Positions 42,738 through 52,255 of a stretch of 57,448 nucleotides of DNA are shown piece after piece. Numbering within the stretch: position 1 is the first letter of the stretch; every line of letters begins with the position of its first letter. Under the pieces are notes generated by a model that ran no database searches, was not told where the DNA came from, and was given only the letters and a program-made list of their open reading frames with translations. This DNA is from an uncultured Pirellulales bacterium. GTDB taxonomy: Bacteria; Planctomycetota; Phycisphaerae; Sedimentisphaerales; Anaerobacaceae. The stretch covers positions 1-57,448 of the forward strand of contig CAYSBK010000001.1 of the NCBI GenBank assembly GCA_964429265.1, given 5' to 3'. The translations under genes and the position numbers were made by a program.

Positions 42738-44825
42738 ATGAACAACGCGATGAAACCGCGGCGTTGTTTGGCGGTAATGATCCTTTGCCTGACCGGCGTG
42801 GCTATCGGCGAGCTGGTGGATGACTTCGGTTCCGCTCAGAGCGGAACCTGGGCGCCGGCGCGGTGGTGGGACGACTACGCCCGCAGGGGCAGGCTGGTTG
42901 TGCCGGGCGGCAAGGCACCGAAACTCGACGTCGCCTTTTCAAGGTCGCGTCGCAAAGAGGAAATCACTGCCGCCGGTGGCTTCGTGGTGGATGTGGATGT
43001 CGTCGATATCAAAGGCTCGGCCGCGGCCATATGCATAGGTTCCAGCGACTTCGAGAAGCGAGGCATCGCCGTTGTCGTGTACGCGGACGATGCCCCGAAA
43101 AAGGACAAGCTGTATATTAACGGGCGTTCCTTTGATATCGAGGGCAGGTTCCAGGTCGGTCAGACTGTTCGAATAGAGATTGATACCAGCTCATTCGAAG
43201 GTGACGCGCAGAACAGCGTCAGCGTTTACTTCGACGGCAACCAGGTGGTTGACGGGCTGAGGTTCCGCTGGGAAAAATCCCCGCTGGGTTTCTTTCTCGG
43301 TGCAATAGGCGGCCAGGCGACCTTCGATAACCTCAGAATCGACGTAGCCAGGCCCACCATCGAGTTCGCCGGGTCCGGCTCGGTGGGCAGCGAACAGGAT
43401 GGGCAGGTGGCTGTCGACGTGGTCCTGCGGCACGGCCGGCCCGATTGCAGCTATTCGGTAAACCTGGCTGTGGCCGGTGGGACTGCCCAGAAGGGTGTCG
43501 ATTATACCGTCTCAACAGGCAGGCTCACCTTCGCCCCCGGCCAGACAAGGCGAACCGTGGTTATCCGCATCAGCGAAGACAGCTTGGCGGAATATGACGA
43601 AACTGTGCGATTGGCGCTTTCGGACCCGCAGGGCCGGGACGTTCGCCTCGGCGCCAAGACGACATATTCGCACACGATTGTCGGTGACCGGCCCACCGTG
43701 CAATTCCAGCAGCGGCGCCTGGTCGTGCCGGAACAAAACGGCAGCGTCGAGGTCAACGTTGCTCTTTCGCATTCCTGCAGCGAGCAGGTCTGTGTCGGCT
43801 ATGACGTTGTCGGCGGTACCGCCGTTCGCAACCAGGACTTTCGGGCCGCAGCGGGCACACTGGTGTTCGAGCCGGGCCAGACCTCAAAGAGTATAAAGAT
43901 AAACCTGCTCGACGATTCGGCAGGGGAAAACTCTATCAACGAAACCGTGCGGGTGAAACTGGCGGCGACGAAGAACTGCGCCACGGGTGAAACTCGCGAG
44001 CTGGTTCTGGAGATAATAGACGACGAACGACATATCGACTGGGAGGGCTGCATCTGGCTGCCCTGTTCGTTCAGCAAACACACGATACACAAGGGCAGAC
44101 GGCTGCTGAGCATTAACGAGCGCGGCCAGCTTGAATGGGTTCCATTGTATGGCGACCTTTTGCTGGTGCGACTGCCGCGAATGTCCGTCAAGAATAAGGG
44201 CGAGAAGGCGAGCTTCGGCTGGCTCTACAAAGGCCAGGGCAACGCCACAGGTTCCTACGTGGAAAACATCTGCGAGCGTTACGGCTCGGGTGACTTGCGG
44301 ATGGCCGTGCTGGACCTGGCGGGCAAAGCAATTTCGCTTGACGATATCCACGGCCGGAATGACGAAGTGTTCTGCGGCTGCAGGGGCTACCAGGCCCGAC
44401 TCTCTCCTCACGTTCCACAAACCGAACGCGCTGACAAGTGGGCCAAGCGCGTGGACCCCTTCGGCGACAATTGCAGTTCGCCGGTGGACTGGGGCGGCTG
44501 CTGGGCGTATCCCAAGTACTTCAACGGCCACGGTGTACCGGTTGGGCAATTCTCGCCCCTGATATTCACCGTCGAGCGTGCCGCCGAGAAGGTGGTCAGA
44601 TTTTCAGTGGAACTCAACGGCGTAACACACACCTACATCGACGATATGAGCGACGCGGCAATCTCATCCGAGGCGATGGAAAGCCTGTACGGCGAAGGCA
44701 GTCGCAACGTCCGCGAAAAGCTCGACACCCAGCCCGAAAACATCGACCTGCTTGCGATCTATTTTGCCAACCAGAGACCGTTCGAGCTGATTACATTCGC
44801 ACCACTGAGTCCAACCGGCAGGTGA
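42738..44825 (+). CDS. secreted protein with two Calx-beta domains and an uncharacterised Cys/Trp-rich C-terminal domain
   Basis: Signal peptide MNNAMKPRRCLAVMILCLTGVAIG with GGAG RBS. Two Calx-beta repeats (GTAQKGVDYTVSTGRLTFAPGQTRRTVVIRISEDSLAEYDETV and GTAVRNQDFRAAAGTLVFEPGQTSKSIKINLLDD). Confidence 0.75.
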   Translation: MNNAMKPRRCLAVMILCLTGVAIGELVDDFGSAQSGTWAPARWWDDYARRGRLVVPGGKAPKLDVAFSRSRRKEEITAAGGFVVDVDVVDIKGSAAAICIGSSDFEKRGIAVVVYADDAPKKDKLYINGRSFDIEGRFQVGQTVRIEIDTSSFEGDAQNSVSVYFDGNQVVDGLRFRWEKSPLGFFLGAIGGQATFDNLRIDVARPTIEFAGSGSVGSEQDGQVAVDVVLRHGRPDCSYSVNLAVAGGTAQKGVDYTVSTGRLTFAPGQTRRTVVIRISEDSLAEYDETVRLALSDPQGRDVRLGAKTTYSHTIVGDRPTVQFQQRRLVVPEQNGSVEVNVALSHSCSEQVCVGYDVVGGTAVRNQDFRAAAGTLVFEPGQTSKSIKINLLDDSAGENSINETVRVKLAATKNCATGETRELVLEIIDDERHIDWEGCIWLPCSFSKHTIHKGRRLLSINERGQLEWVPLYGDLLLVRLPRMSVKNKGEKASFGWLYKGQGNATGSYVENICERYGSGDLRMAVLDLAGKAISLDDIHGRNDEVFCGCRGYQARLSPHVPQTERADKWAKRVDPFGDNCSSPVDWGGCWAYPKYFNGHGVPVGQFSPLIFTVERAAEKVVRFSVELNGVTHTYIDDMSDAAISSEAMESLYGEGSRNVREKLDTQPENIDLLAIYFANQRPFELITFAPLSPTGR

Positions 44826-44873
44826 CGGACCCACTGCGGGGTCCCGCCGGGGTTAGCGGTGCGCGCAAAAAAA

Positions 44874-44946
<73 letters not shown>

Positions 44947-44956
44947 GTCAGGGCTG

Positions 44957-44985
44957 ATATTAGCAGAACCGGTCGTAGCACGCAA
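44957..44985 (-). promoter_or_regulatory. candidate promoter of tRNA-Ala (TTGCGT - 17 nt - TAATAT on the minus strand)
   Basis: The -10 ends 10 nt before the mature 5' end. This is the same geometry as the tRNA-Leu candidate promoter. Confidence 0.45.
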
Positions 44986-45017
44986 GCAAAATCCTCCGTC
45001 CGGCCCGGTCACGGCAT

Positions 45018-45045
45018 TTGTGCTTCCGGGTGCCTCAGGTATAAT
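45018..45045 (+). promoter_or_regulatory. candidate promoter of the hyp operon (TTGTGC - 16 nt - TATAAT)
   Basis: Consensus -10 at 45040-45045, about 50 nt upstream of the hypF start. Confidence 0.4.
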
Positions 45046-45096
45046 CATATTTTGGGTTGACCGGATGCGTATCGACACTATTTCAACTTAACGGTC

Positions 45097-47433
45097 TTGG
45101 TGGAAAGACAGAGAATACTCGTAACCGGCCGCGTGCAGGGGGTAGGATTCCGTCCCGCGGTATACCGACTGGCCAATCAATTAGGATTGTCGGGTTTCGT
45201 CCTGAACGATACCAGAGGCGTGACCATCGAGCTTCAGGGCCCGGAGGAAAAAATAGCGGAGTTCGTCGATCGCCTCAGCGACCACGACAAGCCGCCTCTT
45301 GCCGAAATACGCAGTCTGGCCGCGACGCCGGTGAAGCCGGTGAAGGCCGAACAGGGCTTCCGAATCGTCGAAAGCGACGCGGTGGGAACGGCCCTGGCCG
45401 AGGTCTCGGCGGATATGGCGGTCTGCGGGGATTGCCTGCGGGAAATGAACGACCCGGCGGATTTTCGCTACCGTTACCCGTTTATCAATTGCACCAACTG
45501 CGGGCCGCGATACTCAATAGTCAAAACGATTCCCTACGACCGCCCCAACACCACAATGTCGGTGTTCCGGATGTGCGAGAAATGCTCGCGGCAGTACCAC
45601 GACGCCGCCGACCGTCGTTTTCACGCACAGCCGGTAGCCTGCGGTGCGTGCGGGCCGCGCATCTGGCTGGCCGACCGAACCGGCCGGGTGATTGAAACCG
45701 ACAGCGACCGTGCCATCGCGGAAACAGCCCGCCTGCTTCTGGCCGGCAGAATCGCTGCGATAAAAGGCATCGGAGGTTTTCATCTCGCTGTCAACGCCCT
45801 TGACGACGAGGCGGTCAGAACGCTTCGAAAGCGCAAACGCCGCGACCACAAGCCTTTTGCGATGATGGCCGCTTCGCTGGAGGAAATTGCAAAGCACGCG
45901 GTCGTCAGTGAACTCGCCACTGGGGTGCTGCGAAGCCCGCAAAGTCCCATTGTTCTGCTGCCGAGGCGAGCAGACTCGCCGATAGCACCGTCGGTTGCGC
46001 GGGGCGTCGATACGTTCGGCTTTATGTTGTGCTATGCGCCGCTGCACCGGCTGCTTTTCGCCGAGGGCATCGACGTACTGGTGATGACCAGCGGCAACAT
46101 CTCGGATGAGCCTTTGATATGCGACAACGACGAAGCCCTTTCGCGCCTGGGTGCGGTAGCCGACGTCTTCCTGATGCACGACAGACAGATTTACCGCCGG
46201 GTGGACGACTCGATAGTTCATTTCATTGCCGGCCGGGCCGTGCTGCTTCGACGGGCGAGAGGATATGTGCCCGCTCCGATTCCCATTGAGCATCGGTGCT
46301 GCGAAGATATCTTCGCGGCGGGCGCAGATATGAAGAACACCTTCTGTCTTGTAAAGCAAAACCAGGTCATCTGCAGCGAGCACATCGGCGAGTTGTCCGA
46401 CGCGGCGGTCTATCATCACTACGTCAAGTCCGTCGAACACCTCCAATCGCTGTTCGAAGTGGCCCCAACGGTCGGTGTCTGCGACCTGCATCCGGGCTAC
46501 TTTTCGAGGCAATATGCGCTTTCAAAAACAACCCACGAACTGATCGAGGTTCAACATCACTGGGCGCACATCGCATCAGTGCTGGCGGAACACGGCATGC
46601 AAGGCCCGGTGATCGGGCTTTCATGCGATGGAACAGGCTACGGCACCGACGGGGCGATATGGGGCTGCGAATGCCTGGCCGCCGGATTGGATGGTTTCGA
46701 ACGCCTCGGGCATCTGGCTTATTACCCCTTGGCAGGCGGCGACAGGGCAAGCAAAGAAGCAATTCGTCCCGTGCTGGGACTGCTGCGGTACGCGTTCGCC
46801 GACGATTTCTCGCTGGAGCGATTCGCCTGGCTGCTGGACCGCGTCGAGCCGGACCGACGCAAGCAGCGACTAATAGCGCAACAGCTCGAAAGGCAGGTCA
46901 ATACCGTGCAAAGCTCGAGTCTCGGCCGGGTTTTCGACGCGGTCGCCGCGATGGTCGGCCTGGGCAGCTACAACCATTTCGAGGCCGAGTTGCCGATGGC
47001 CCTGGAGGCGGAGGCTGCACGTGCTGTCGAAGACACCTATGATTTTGAGCTTATGGGCGGTCACGGTGAACCGGTTCTGCTGCATCTGCGTAAGATGATA
47101 GAGGCAGTGGTTGCCGATTTGCGGCAGGAAACAAGCCCCTCGGTCATCTCGGCTAAGTTCCATAACTGCCTTGCTGCAGCCCTGGCGGCGATGTGTGTCA
47201 GGGCCCGTAAAAGAACCGGCCTCGGGGCGGTCGCCCTGAGTGGGGGTGTTTTTTGTAACCGTTATCTGATGAATCGTCTCGTTAACCTCTTGAGGGAAAG
47301 CGGGTTCACAGTATTATTTAACAAACTCGTGCCGTCAAACGACGGCGGCATAGCTCTGGGTCAGGCGGCTATCGCTGCCTGGCGTCAATCGAAGCAAAAC
47401 GCGCGGCGCCGCGGGCAGGTGGCGCCCTGTTAG
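45097..47433 (+). CDS. hypF: [NiFe]-hydrogenase maturation carbamoyltransferase HypF
   Basis: Acylphosphatase domain (GRVQGVGFRP), two Zn-finger pairs (CGDCLREM...NCTNCGPRYS; CEKCSRQY...CGACGPR), and YrdC-like and Kae1-like domains. TTG/GTG start. Confidence 0.92.
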   Translation: MVERQRILVTGRVQGVGFRPAVYRLANQLGLSGFVLNDTRGVTIELQGPEEKIAEFVDRLSDHDKPPLAEIRSLAATPVKPVKAEQGFRIVESDAVGTALAEVSADMAVCGDCLREMNDPADFRYRYPFINCTNCGPRYSIVKTIPYDRPNTTMSVFRMCEKCSRQYHDAADRRFHAQPVACGACGPRIWLADRTGRVIETDSDRAIAETARLLLAGRIAAIKGIGGFHLAVNALDDEAVRTLRKRKRRDHKPFAMMAASLEEIAKHAVVSELATGVLRSPQSPIVLLPRRADSPIAPSVARGVDTFGFMLCYAPLHRLLFAEGIDVLVMTSGNISDEPLICDNDEALSRLGAVADVFLMHDRQIYRRVDDSIVHFIAGRAVLLRRARGYVPAPIPIEHRCCEDIFAAGADMKNTFCLVKQNQVICSEHIGELSDAAVYHHYVKSVEHLQSLFEVAPTVGVCDLHPGYFSRQYALSKTTHELIEVQHHWAHIASVLAEHGMQGPVIGLSCDGTGYGTDGAIWGCECLAAGLDGFERLGHLAYYPLAGGDRASKEAIRPVLGLLRYAFADDFSLERFAWLLDRVEPDRRKQRLIAQQLERQVNTVQSSSLGRVFDAVAAMVGLGSYNHFEAELPMALEAEAARAVEDTYDFELMGGHGEPVLLHLRKMIEAVVADLRQETSPSVISAKFHNCLAAALAAMCVRARKRTGLGAVALSGGVFCNRYLMNRLVNLLRESGFTVLFNKLVPSNDGGIALGQAAIAAWRQSKQNARRRGQVAPC

Positions 47434-47442
47434 GATTGCTGT

Positions 47443-47679
47443 ATGTGCCTGGCGATTCCTGCAAGGATAGTTGAGCTTGATGGTGACAGGGCGACGGTTG
47501 AGGCGATGGGCAACCGCTGGCGGGCAAAGACTACGCTGCTGCCGGATGCCCGCGTCGGGCACCTTGTTCTTGTACACGCCGGCTTCGCCATATCACTGGT
47601 CGACGAAAAACAAGCCCAGCAGACCTGGCAGCTTCTTGCGCAGATTCAGCAGGCCGGCCAGAAAAACGAAAATGATTGA
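47443..47679 (+). CDS. hypC: hydrogenase maturation chaperone HypC
   Basis: N-terminal MCLAIPARIVEL with the essential Cys2. 78 aa. Confidence 0.9.
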   Translation: MCLAIPARIVELDGDRATVEAMGNRWRAKTTLLPDARVGHLVLVHAGFAISLVDEKQAQQTWQLLAQIQQAGQKNEND

Positions 47680-47696
47680 GACGGGTTTGAGCGATT

Positions 47697-48779
47697 ATGC
47701 TTGAGAGAATTTACAGGGCGCAGCAGGCAATGGACTCGGCCTGCAGGCATCTCGGCCGGCAAATCAACATCATGGAGGTTTGCGGCACGCACACGGTATC
47801 GATCTTTCGCAACGGGATAAGGGCGACGCTGCCGCAGCAGTTGAAGCTCCTTTCGGGTCCGGGCTGTCCGGTGTGCGTTACGGACCAGGGCTATATCGAC
47901 GACGTCCTGGAACTGGCCGCTCGCGATGATGTCATCATAGCTACTTATGGCGATATGGTTCGCGTACCCGGAGCGGGCGGCTCTCTTGAAACCAGACAAC
48001 CGGCCGCAAATGTCAAGGTGGTTCTCAGCAGCGAGGATGCCCTGCAATTGGCAAGGGATAATCCCGATCGCACGGTGGTCTTCGTGGCGGTCGGATTCGA
48101 GACGACCGCCCCGGCCACGGCAGTGGCGGTCAAAGAAGCGGCAGCCGAGGGTATTGACAATTTCTGCGTCCTCAGCGCACACAAGCTGGTTGTGCCGGCG
48201 ATGCGCGCCCTGGTTTCAGAGAAAAATAATAAGATTGATGCCTTTTTGTGTCCCGGTCACGTCAGCGCGATAATCGGGTATGGCGCGTTCCAGGAGATAG
48301 TCGAACAGTTCGGCCGGCCCTGCGTGGTCGCCGGTTTCGAGCCGATGCAGATTATCGAAGGCCTCGCGGAAATCTGCCGCCAGCTACAGAACCACAAGCC
48401 CGAACTGAAATCCATTTACACCGCCGTGGTCACCCACCACGGCAATACCGCCGCCCAGGATGTTATGGACCAGTGCTTCGAGAAGACCGACGGCTACTGG
48501 CGCGGCCTGGGCAAAATTGACAACAGTGCCCTGCGGTTGAAAAGCACATACAGTGATTTCGACGCAGTCAGAAGATTCAACATCGAACAGCACCACGGCG
48601 AAGAACCACCCGGCTGCCGCTGCGGCGAGGTGTTGTGCGGCCTTATCGAGCCGCCCGATTGCGGACTTTTCGGCGTTCAGTGCAAACCGTCCGAGCCCGT
48701 CGGGCCCTGCATGGTAAGCTCCGAGGGCGCCTGTGCCGCGTGGTTCAAGTACACTGGGAGAAGAAACGGCAACGAATGA
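47697..48779 (+). CDS. hypD: hydrogenase maturation Fe-S protein HypD
   Basis: GPGCPVCV, CPGHVS and C-terminal cysteine-rich motifs. Confidence 0.92.
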   Translation: MLERIYRAQQAMDSACRHLGRQINIMEVCGTHTVSIFRNGIRATLPQQLKLLSGPGCPVCVTDQGYIDDVLELAARDDVIIATYGDMVRVPGAGGSLETRQPAANVKVVLSSEDALQLARDNPDRTVVFVAVGFETTAPATAVAVKEAAAEGIDNFCVLSAHKLVVPAMRALVSEKNNKIDAFLCPGHVSAIIGYGAFQEIVEQFGRPCVVAGFEPMQIIEGLAEICRQLQNHKPELKSIYTAVVTHHGNTAAQDVMDQCFEKTDGYWRGLGKIDNSALRLKSTYSDFDAVRRFNIEQHHGEEPPGCRCGEVLCGLIEPPDCGLFGVQCKPSEPVGPCMVSSEGACAAWFKYTGRRNGNE

Positions 48780-49798
48780 AGGCAGGTAAGTACGACAGAA
48801 TCTTGCTCGCTCACGGAGGTGGGGGTCAACTAAGTCAACAACTGTTGTACGATTCTATTCTGCCCAGCCTGGGTAATGACATCCTTTCGCAGCTTGCCGA
48901 CTCGGCGATACTGGATTTTGCAGGCCATCCGTTGTGTTTTACCACCGACAGTTACGTGGTTAAGCCCTTGTTCTTCAACGGAGGCGACATCGGCAAACTG
49001 GCGGTCTGCGGTACGATAAATGACCTTGCGGTGGCCGGGGCCAGGCCGATCGCGCTTAGCCTGTCGCTGGTAATCGAGGAAGGTCTCGAGATGGAACTGC
49101 TGCAACGTATCTTGTCCAGCGTAGCAGCCGCCGCGCAGGCCAACGGCGTAAAGGTTGTCGCCGGCGACACAAAAACCGTTGAGGCGGGTGCAGCCGACAG
49201 GATTTTCGTCAATACCGCCGGTCTCGGAGAGAAGCTTGCCGCCGCAGACTTGCGGATGGAAAGAATCAAACCCGGCGACAGGATCATCATCAACGGCACC
49301 ATCGGCGACCACGGTATGACTATCATTTCCCAGCGCGAAGGTATCAAGTTTGAGTCCGACCTGGTCAGTGACTGCGCAGCAGTTGCGCCTTTGACGATGG
49401 AGTTGCTGGAACACGCCGGTGCTGAGATAAAGTTTATGCGAGACCCTACGCGGGGAGGCCTGGCAGCGACTCTGAATGAAATTGCCGCCGGTACCGGTCT
49501 GGGCATCGAGATTCGCGAATCGGCCATACCGGTCAAGCATACCGTCAGGGCCGCAGCGGATATGCTCGGCTTCGATGTTCTGTCGATTGCCAATGAAGGC
49601 AAGTTCGTGGCGGTAGTCTCCGGCGACTCGGCCCAGAAGTGCGTGGAGATTTGCCGGGCTCATCCCCTCGGCAAAGATGCCGGCATAATCGGCGAAGTGA
49701 TCGCCGCCGATGTGCCGACCGTCGAGATGCTCACGGCGATCGGCGGCAGAAGAATGATCCAGATGCCTTATGGCCGTGAACTGCCGAGGATCTGCTGA
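48776..49798 (+). CDS. hypE: hydrogenase maturation carbamoyl dehydratase HypE
   Basis: PurM-like fold that ends with the conserved PRIC. ATGA overlap with hypD. The track ORF start at 48635 lies inside hypD. Confidence 0.92.
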   Translation: MKAGKYDRILLAHGGGGQLSQQLLYDSILPSLGNDILSQLADSAILDFAGHPLCFTTDSYVVKPLFFNGGDIGKLAVCGTINDLAVAGARPIALSLSLVIEEGLEMELLQRILSSVAAAAQANGVKVVAGDTKTVEAGAADRIFVNTAGLGEKLAAADLRMERIKPGDRIIINGTIGDHGMTIISQREGIKFESDLVSDCAAVAPLTMELLEHAGAEIKFMRDPTRGGLAATLNEIAAGTGLGIEIRESAIPVKHTVRAAADMLGFDVLSIANEGKFVAVVSGDSAQKCVEICRAHPLGKDAGIIGEVIAADVPTVEMLTAIGGRRMIQMPYGRELPRIC

Positions 49799-50142
49799 TG
49801 CACGAGGCGATGGTGGCGGAAAATCTGCTGGCGACAATAACGAGGGAACTGGCCGACCGCAACGGCAGGGTGCTGTCGGCGAAGATTAGCTGCGGCCGGT
49901 TATACGCCATCAACGACGAGGCGCTTCGCTTTGCCTTTGATGCGCTGGCCAGGGGAACAGCCTGCGAAGGGGCAACGCTGCACATAGAGCACAAACCGCC
50001 GCGGATGCGGTGCACGCGCTGCGGATACCAGTTCGGGCTTGCCTGCGACCAGTGCACCTGTCCACAATGCGGTGCTGAGCGGCTGGAATTGCTGGCCGAC
50101 GCGCCGCTGCTGCTGGAAGAAATAGAACTTGAAACGGAGTAA
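49798..50142 (+). CDS. hypA: hydrogenase nickel-insertion protein HypA
   Basis: MHE N-terminus and a CxxC...CxxC zinc site (CTRCG, CPQCG). 1-nt overlap with the hypE stop. Confidence 0.85.
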   Translation: MHEAMVAENLLATITRELADRNGRVLSAKISCGRLYAINDEALRFAFDALARGTACEGATLHIEHKPPRMRCTRCGYQFGLACDQCTCPQCGAERLELLADAPLLLEEIELETE

Positions 50143-50146
50143 CCGG

Positions 50147-50809
50147 ATGAAGGTCAACGTTCGCAAAAAGATTCTGGGTGCCAACGAACAATTCGCCTTT
50201 GAGAACAGCCGCCTGCTGGCCGAGAAAAACGTGCTTTGTATGAACTTGATAAGCTCGCCGGGTTCCGGCAAGACCTCTATTCTCGTGCGAACTATAGACC
50301 GGATGAAAGGCAAATTGCAGCTCGGCGTGATCGAGGGTGACGTCCAGACCGACCTCGACGCCAGGAAAATAGCCGGCACAGGCGCACCGGTGGTTCAGAT
50401 AGAAACCAAGGGCGCCTGTCATCTTTCCGCCGCCCAGGTCAACCATGCACTGCGGAAACTGCCGCTGGACGATCTGGACGTAGTCATCATCGAAAACGTC
50501 GGCAACCTTGTTTGTCCGTCGGCTTTCGAGCTTGGCGAACACAGCAAAGTCGTGGTGCTGTCGGTGGCCGAGGGCGATGATAAGCCGGCCAAGTATCCTG
50601 CCATCTTCGCCAAGTCCAGGGTAGTGCTCGTCAACAAGATCGACCTGCTGACTGCCGGCGGTGTCGATTTTGACATCGACCGCGCAGCGGCCGACGCTCG
50701 CAAGCTTAACAGCAATATCCGGATACTGCCGGTATCAGCCAAAACCGGCGAGGGATTCGAGCAATGGCAAGAGGTCCTGCTTGAGGCGTTCGAAACCCTG
50801 AAGTCATAG
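50147..50809 (+). CDS. hypB: hydrogenase nickel-incorporation GTPase HypB
   Basis: P-loop SSPGSGKT, ENVGNLVCP and NKIDL motifs. Confidence 0.9.
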   Translation: MKVNVRKKILGANEQFAFENSRLLAEKNVLCMNLISSPGSGKTSILVRTIDRMKGKLQLGVIEGDVQTDLDARKIAGTGAPVVQIETKGACHLSAAQVNHALRKLPLDDLDVVIIENVGNLVCPSAFELGEHSKVVVLSVAEGDDKPAKYPAIFAKSRVVLVNKIDLLTAGGVDFDIDRAAADARKLNSNIRILPVSAKTGEGFEQWQEVLLEAFETLKS

Positions 50810-50903
50810 TGCCCGCCATTCGACCCGGTCCTTTGTGCTTGCTTTAGCCTGCACAAATGTAAGGTTGCGGGCCGATGTGCTTTTTCCGGGCAAGGCCACA
50901 CGC

Positions 50904-51533
50904 TCAACGATTCTTCGGCTGGTAGAGTCTGTGCTGCCGTATGTATTCTGCCACGTCCGGCTGCAGCATCGCCGAAACGTCACGGCCTGCGGCCAGGCGC
51001 TTCCGGATTTCGGTGCTGCTGATGTCGATCAGCGGCGTGGGCACGATGTTGCGCTGCAGCCTGGCCACCCGCTGCTTGCCCCAGCGACGCTCGAACCTTG
51101 CAAAATCAGGTACGTCGCAGCCCGCCCTGTACATCACGCTGAGGTTGCATTCGTCGATCAGGTCGATTACGCGGTACCAGTAAGGCAGTTCATCAACGGT
51201 GTCGGCGCCGACGAGCAGGTAAATCGAGGCCGACCCGCCGCACTGCCGGCGGAAATGCCTGACCGTCTCAAGCGTGTAGCTCGGCTGACTCTTCTTCAGC
51301 TCGTAGTCACTTACCTCGAACCTGTCGATTCCCCGGATAGCCAGCGCGACCATCTTCAATCTGTCTTGGCCGCTTGCCTGCGGCGGTGATTCTTTCAACG
51401 GCGACCTCTGAGCGGGAACGAAGACGACTTTATCTGCGCCGATGTGATCCGCCGCAGCGCGCGCTACAGTGGTATGACCGATGTGAATCGGGTCGAACGT
51501 CCCGCCGAACAGCGCCACCTTCTCTTCTGACAT
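50904..51533 (-). CDS. nadD: nicotinate-nucleotide adenylyltransferase
   Basis: GGTFDPIHIGH motif and ISSTEIR near the C-terminus. ATG 51533 is preferred over the longer track start. Confidence 0.85.
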   Translation of the reverse strand: MSEEKVALFGGTFDPIHIGHTTVARAAADHIGADKVVFVPAQRSPLKESPPQASGQDRLKMVALAIRGIDRFEVSDYELKKSQPSYTLETVRHFRRQCGGSASIYLLVGADTVDELPYWYRVIDLIDECNLSVMYRAGCDVPDFARFERRWGKQRVARLQRNIVPTPLIDISSTEIRKRLAAGRDVSAMLQPDVAEYIRQHRLYQPKNR

Positions 51534-51952
51534 AAAACAATTAACAGGCAAATTGTGCGGTAGTCGGGAAAAATATTTCAAAAATCTTTCAGAAAATTTC
51601 CGGCCTGCCGACGCACCAAGACACCATCTTCGGTGTGCGTTCCCCGGCTTTCCATCTTTTTACTTGCAATCTTCTTGTCAACACGCCAGGGCGAAACACC
51701 GTGACATCCAACGTTTTTGCAGATTCCCGCCAGAGCCATTGAAACGGCCTCTGAGTGCAAAAAAACGCGGTCTTGCGCATCATCACCTTTTTGTGTGCTT
51801 CTGTTCATCTTGAACAAACCGTCGGTGACACCGAAGTAACATCATCGACATCGCAGCGCTGCACCAAGCGGCGGCGCGCGCGGCCGCTGCTTATGATAAG
51901 ACATACTCGAGATGCATGAAAGGCGCCGCGCAAGAAATTTTGGTGAAGGATT

Positions 51953-51981
51953 TTGAAAGTCTTGGCCGATAAAACTATTAA
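51953..51981 (+). promoter_or_regulatory. candidate promoter of the lysine-rich microgene (TTGAAA - 17 nt - TATTAA)
   Basis: By-eye match in a locally AT-rich stretch, about 120 nt upstream of ATG 52102. Confidence 0.3.
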
Positions 51982-52101
51982 AATAAGGGTAGGCCGCTTT
52001 GATTTTATTTTTGTAGGTGGCCGAGAGCACAGTGGTTAGGAAGTCGTAAGTAGACGGTAAAACCGAAAGCCATTAATTATGCCGAAAGGAGGTGGTAAGT
52101 A

Positions 52102-52194
52102 ATGGCGAAGAAAAAGAAAGTAACGAAGAAGAAAGCGAAAAAGAAAGTAACGAAGAAGAAAACGAAAAAGAAAAAAGCCAAGAAGAAAAAGTAG
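52102..52194 (+). CDS. 30-codon lysine-rich microprotein MAKKKKVTKKKAKKKVTKKKTKKKKAKKKK
   Basis: Not in the ORF track because it is below the size cutoff. AGGAGG Shine-Dalgarno 8-9 nt upstream of the ATG. Uninterrupted AAG/AAA-rich frame in an otherwise GC-rich region. Followed by a GC hairpin and a canonical intrinsic terminator. Confidence 0.55.
   Translation: MAKKKKVTKKKAKKKVTKKKTKKKKAKKKK
52114..52167 (+). repeat. tandem 27-nt direct repeat (2 copies, 1 mismatch) inside the microgene
   Basis: AAGAAAGTAACGAAGAAGAAAGCGAAA at 52114-52140 and AAGAAAGTAACGAAGAAGAAAACGAAA at 52141-52167. They encode KKVTKKKAK and KKVTKKKTK. Confidence 0.85.
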
Positions 52195-52208
52195 CGTAGG
52201 TTAGATGT

Positions 52209-52238
52209 CGGAAGCCCGCCTCAGGGGGCGGGCTTCCG
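52209..52238 (+). other. 12-bp GC-rich hairpin (CGGAAGCCCGCC-TCAGGG-GGCGGGCTTCCG) without a U-tract
   Basis: Perfect stem 52209-52220 / 52227-52238, 15 nt after the microgene stop codon. Confidence 0.5.
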
Positions 52239-52255
52239 GCGCGATACTGTGCTCA

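Noticed and set aside
52102-52194. Possibility that the A-rich repeat tract is a CRISPR-like or simple-sequence array rather than a gene.
   Set aside because: There are only two 27-nt units, they are directly adjacent with no spacers, and they are in frame with an ATG that has a strong Shine-Dalgarno and a downstream terminator. A micro-ORF explains it better. A purely RNA-level role is not excluded.
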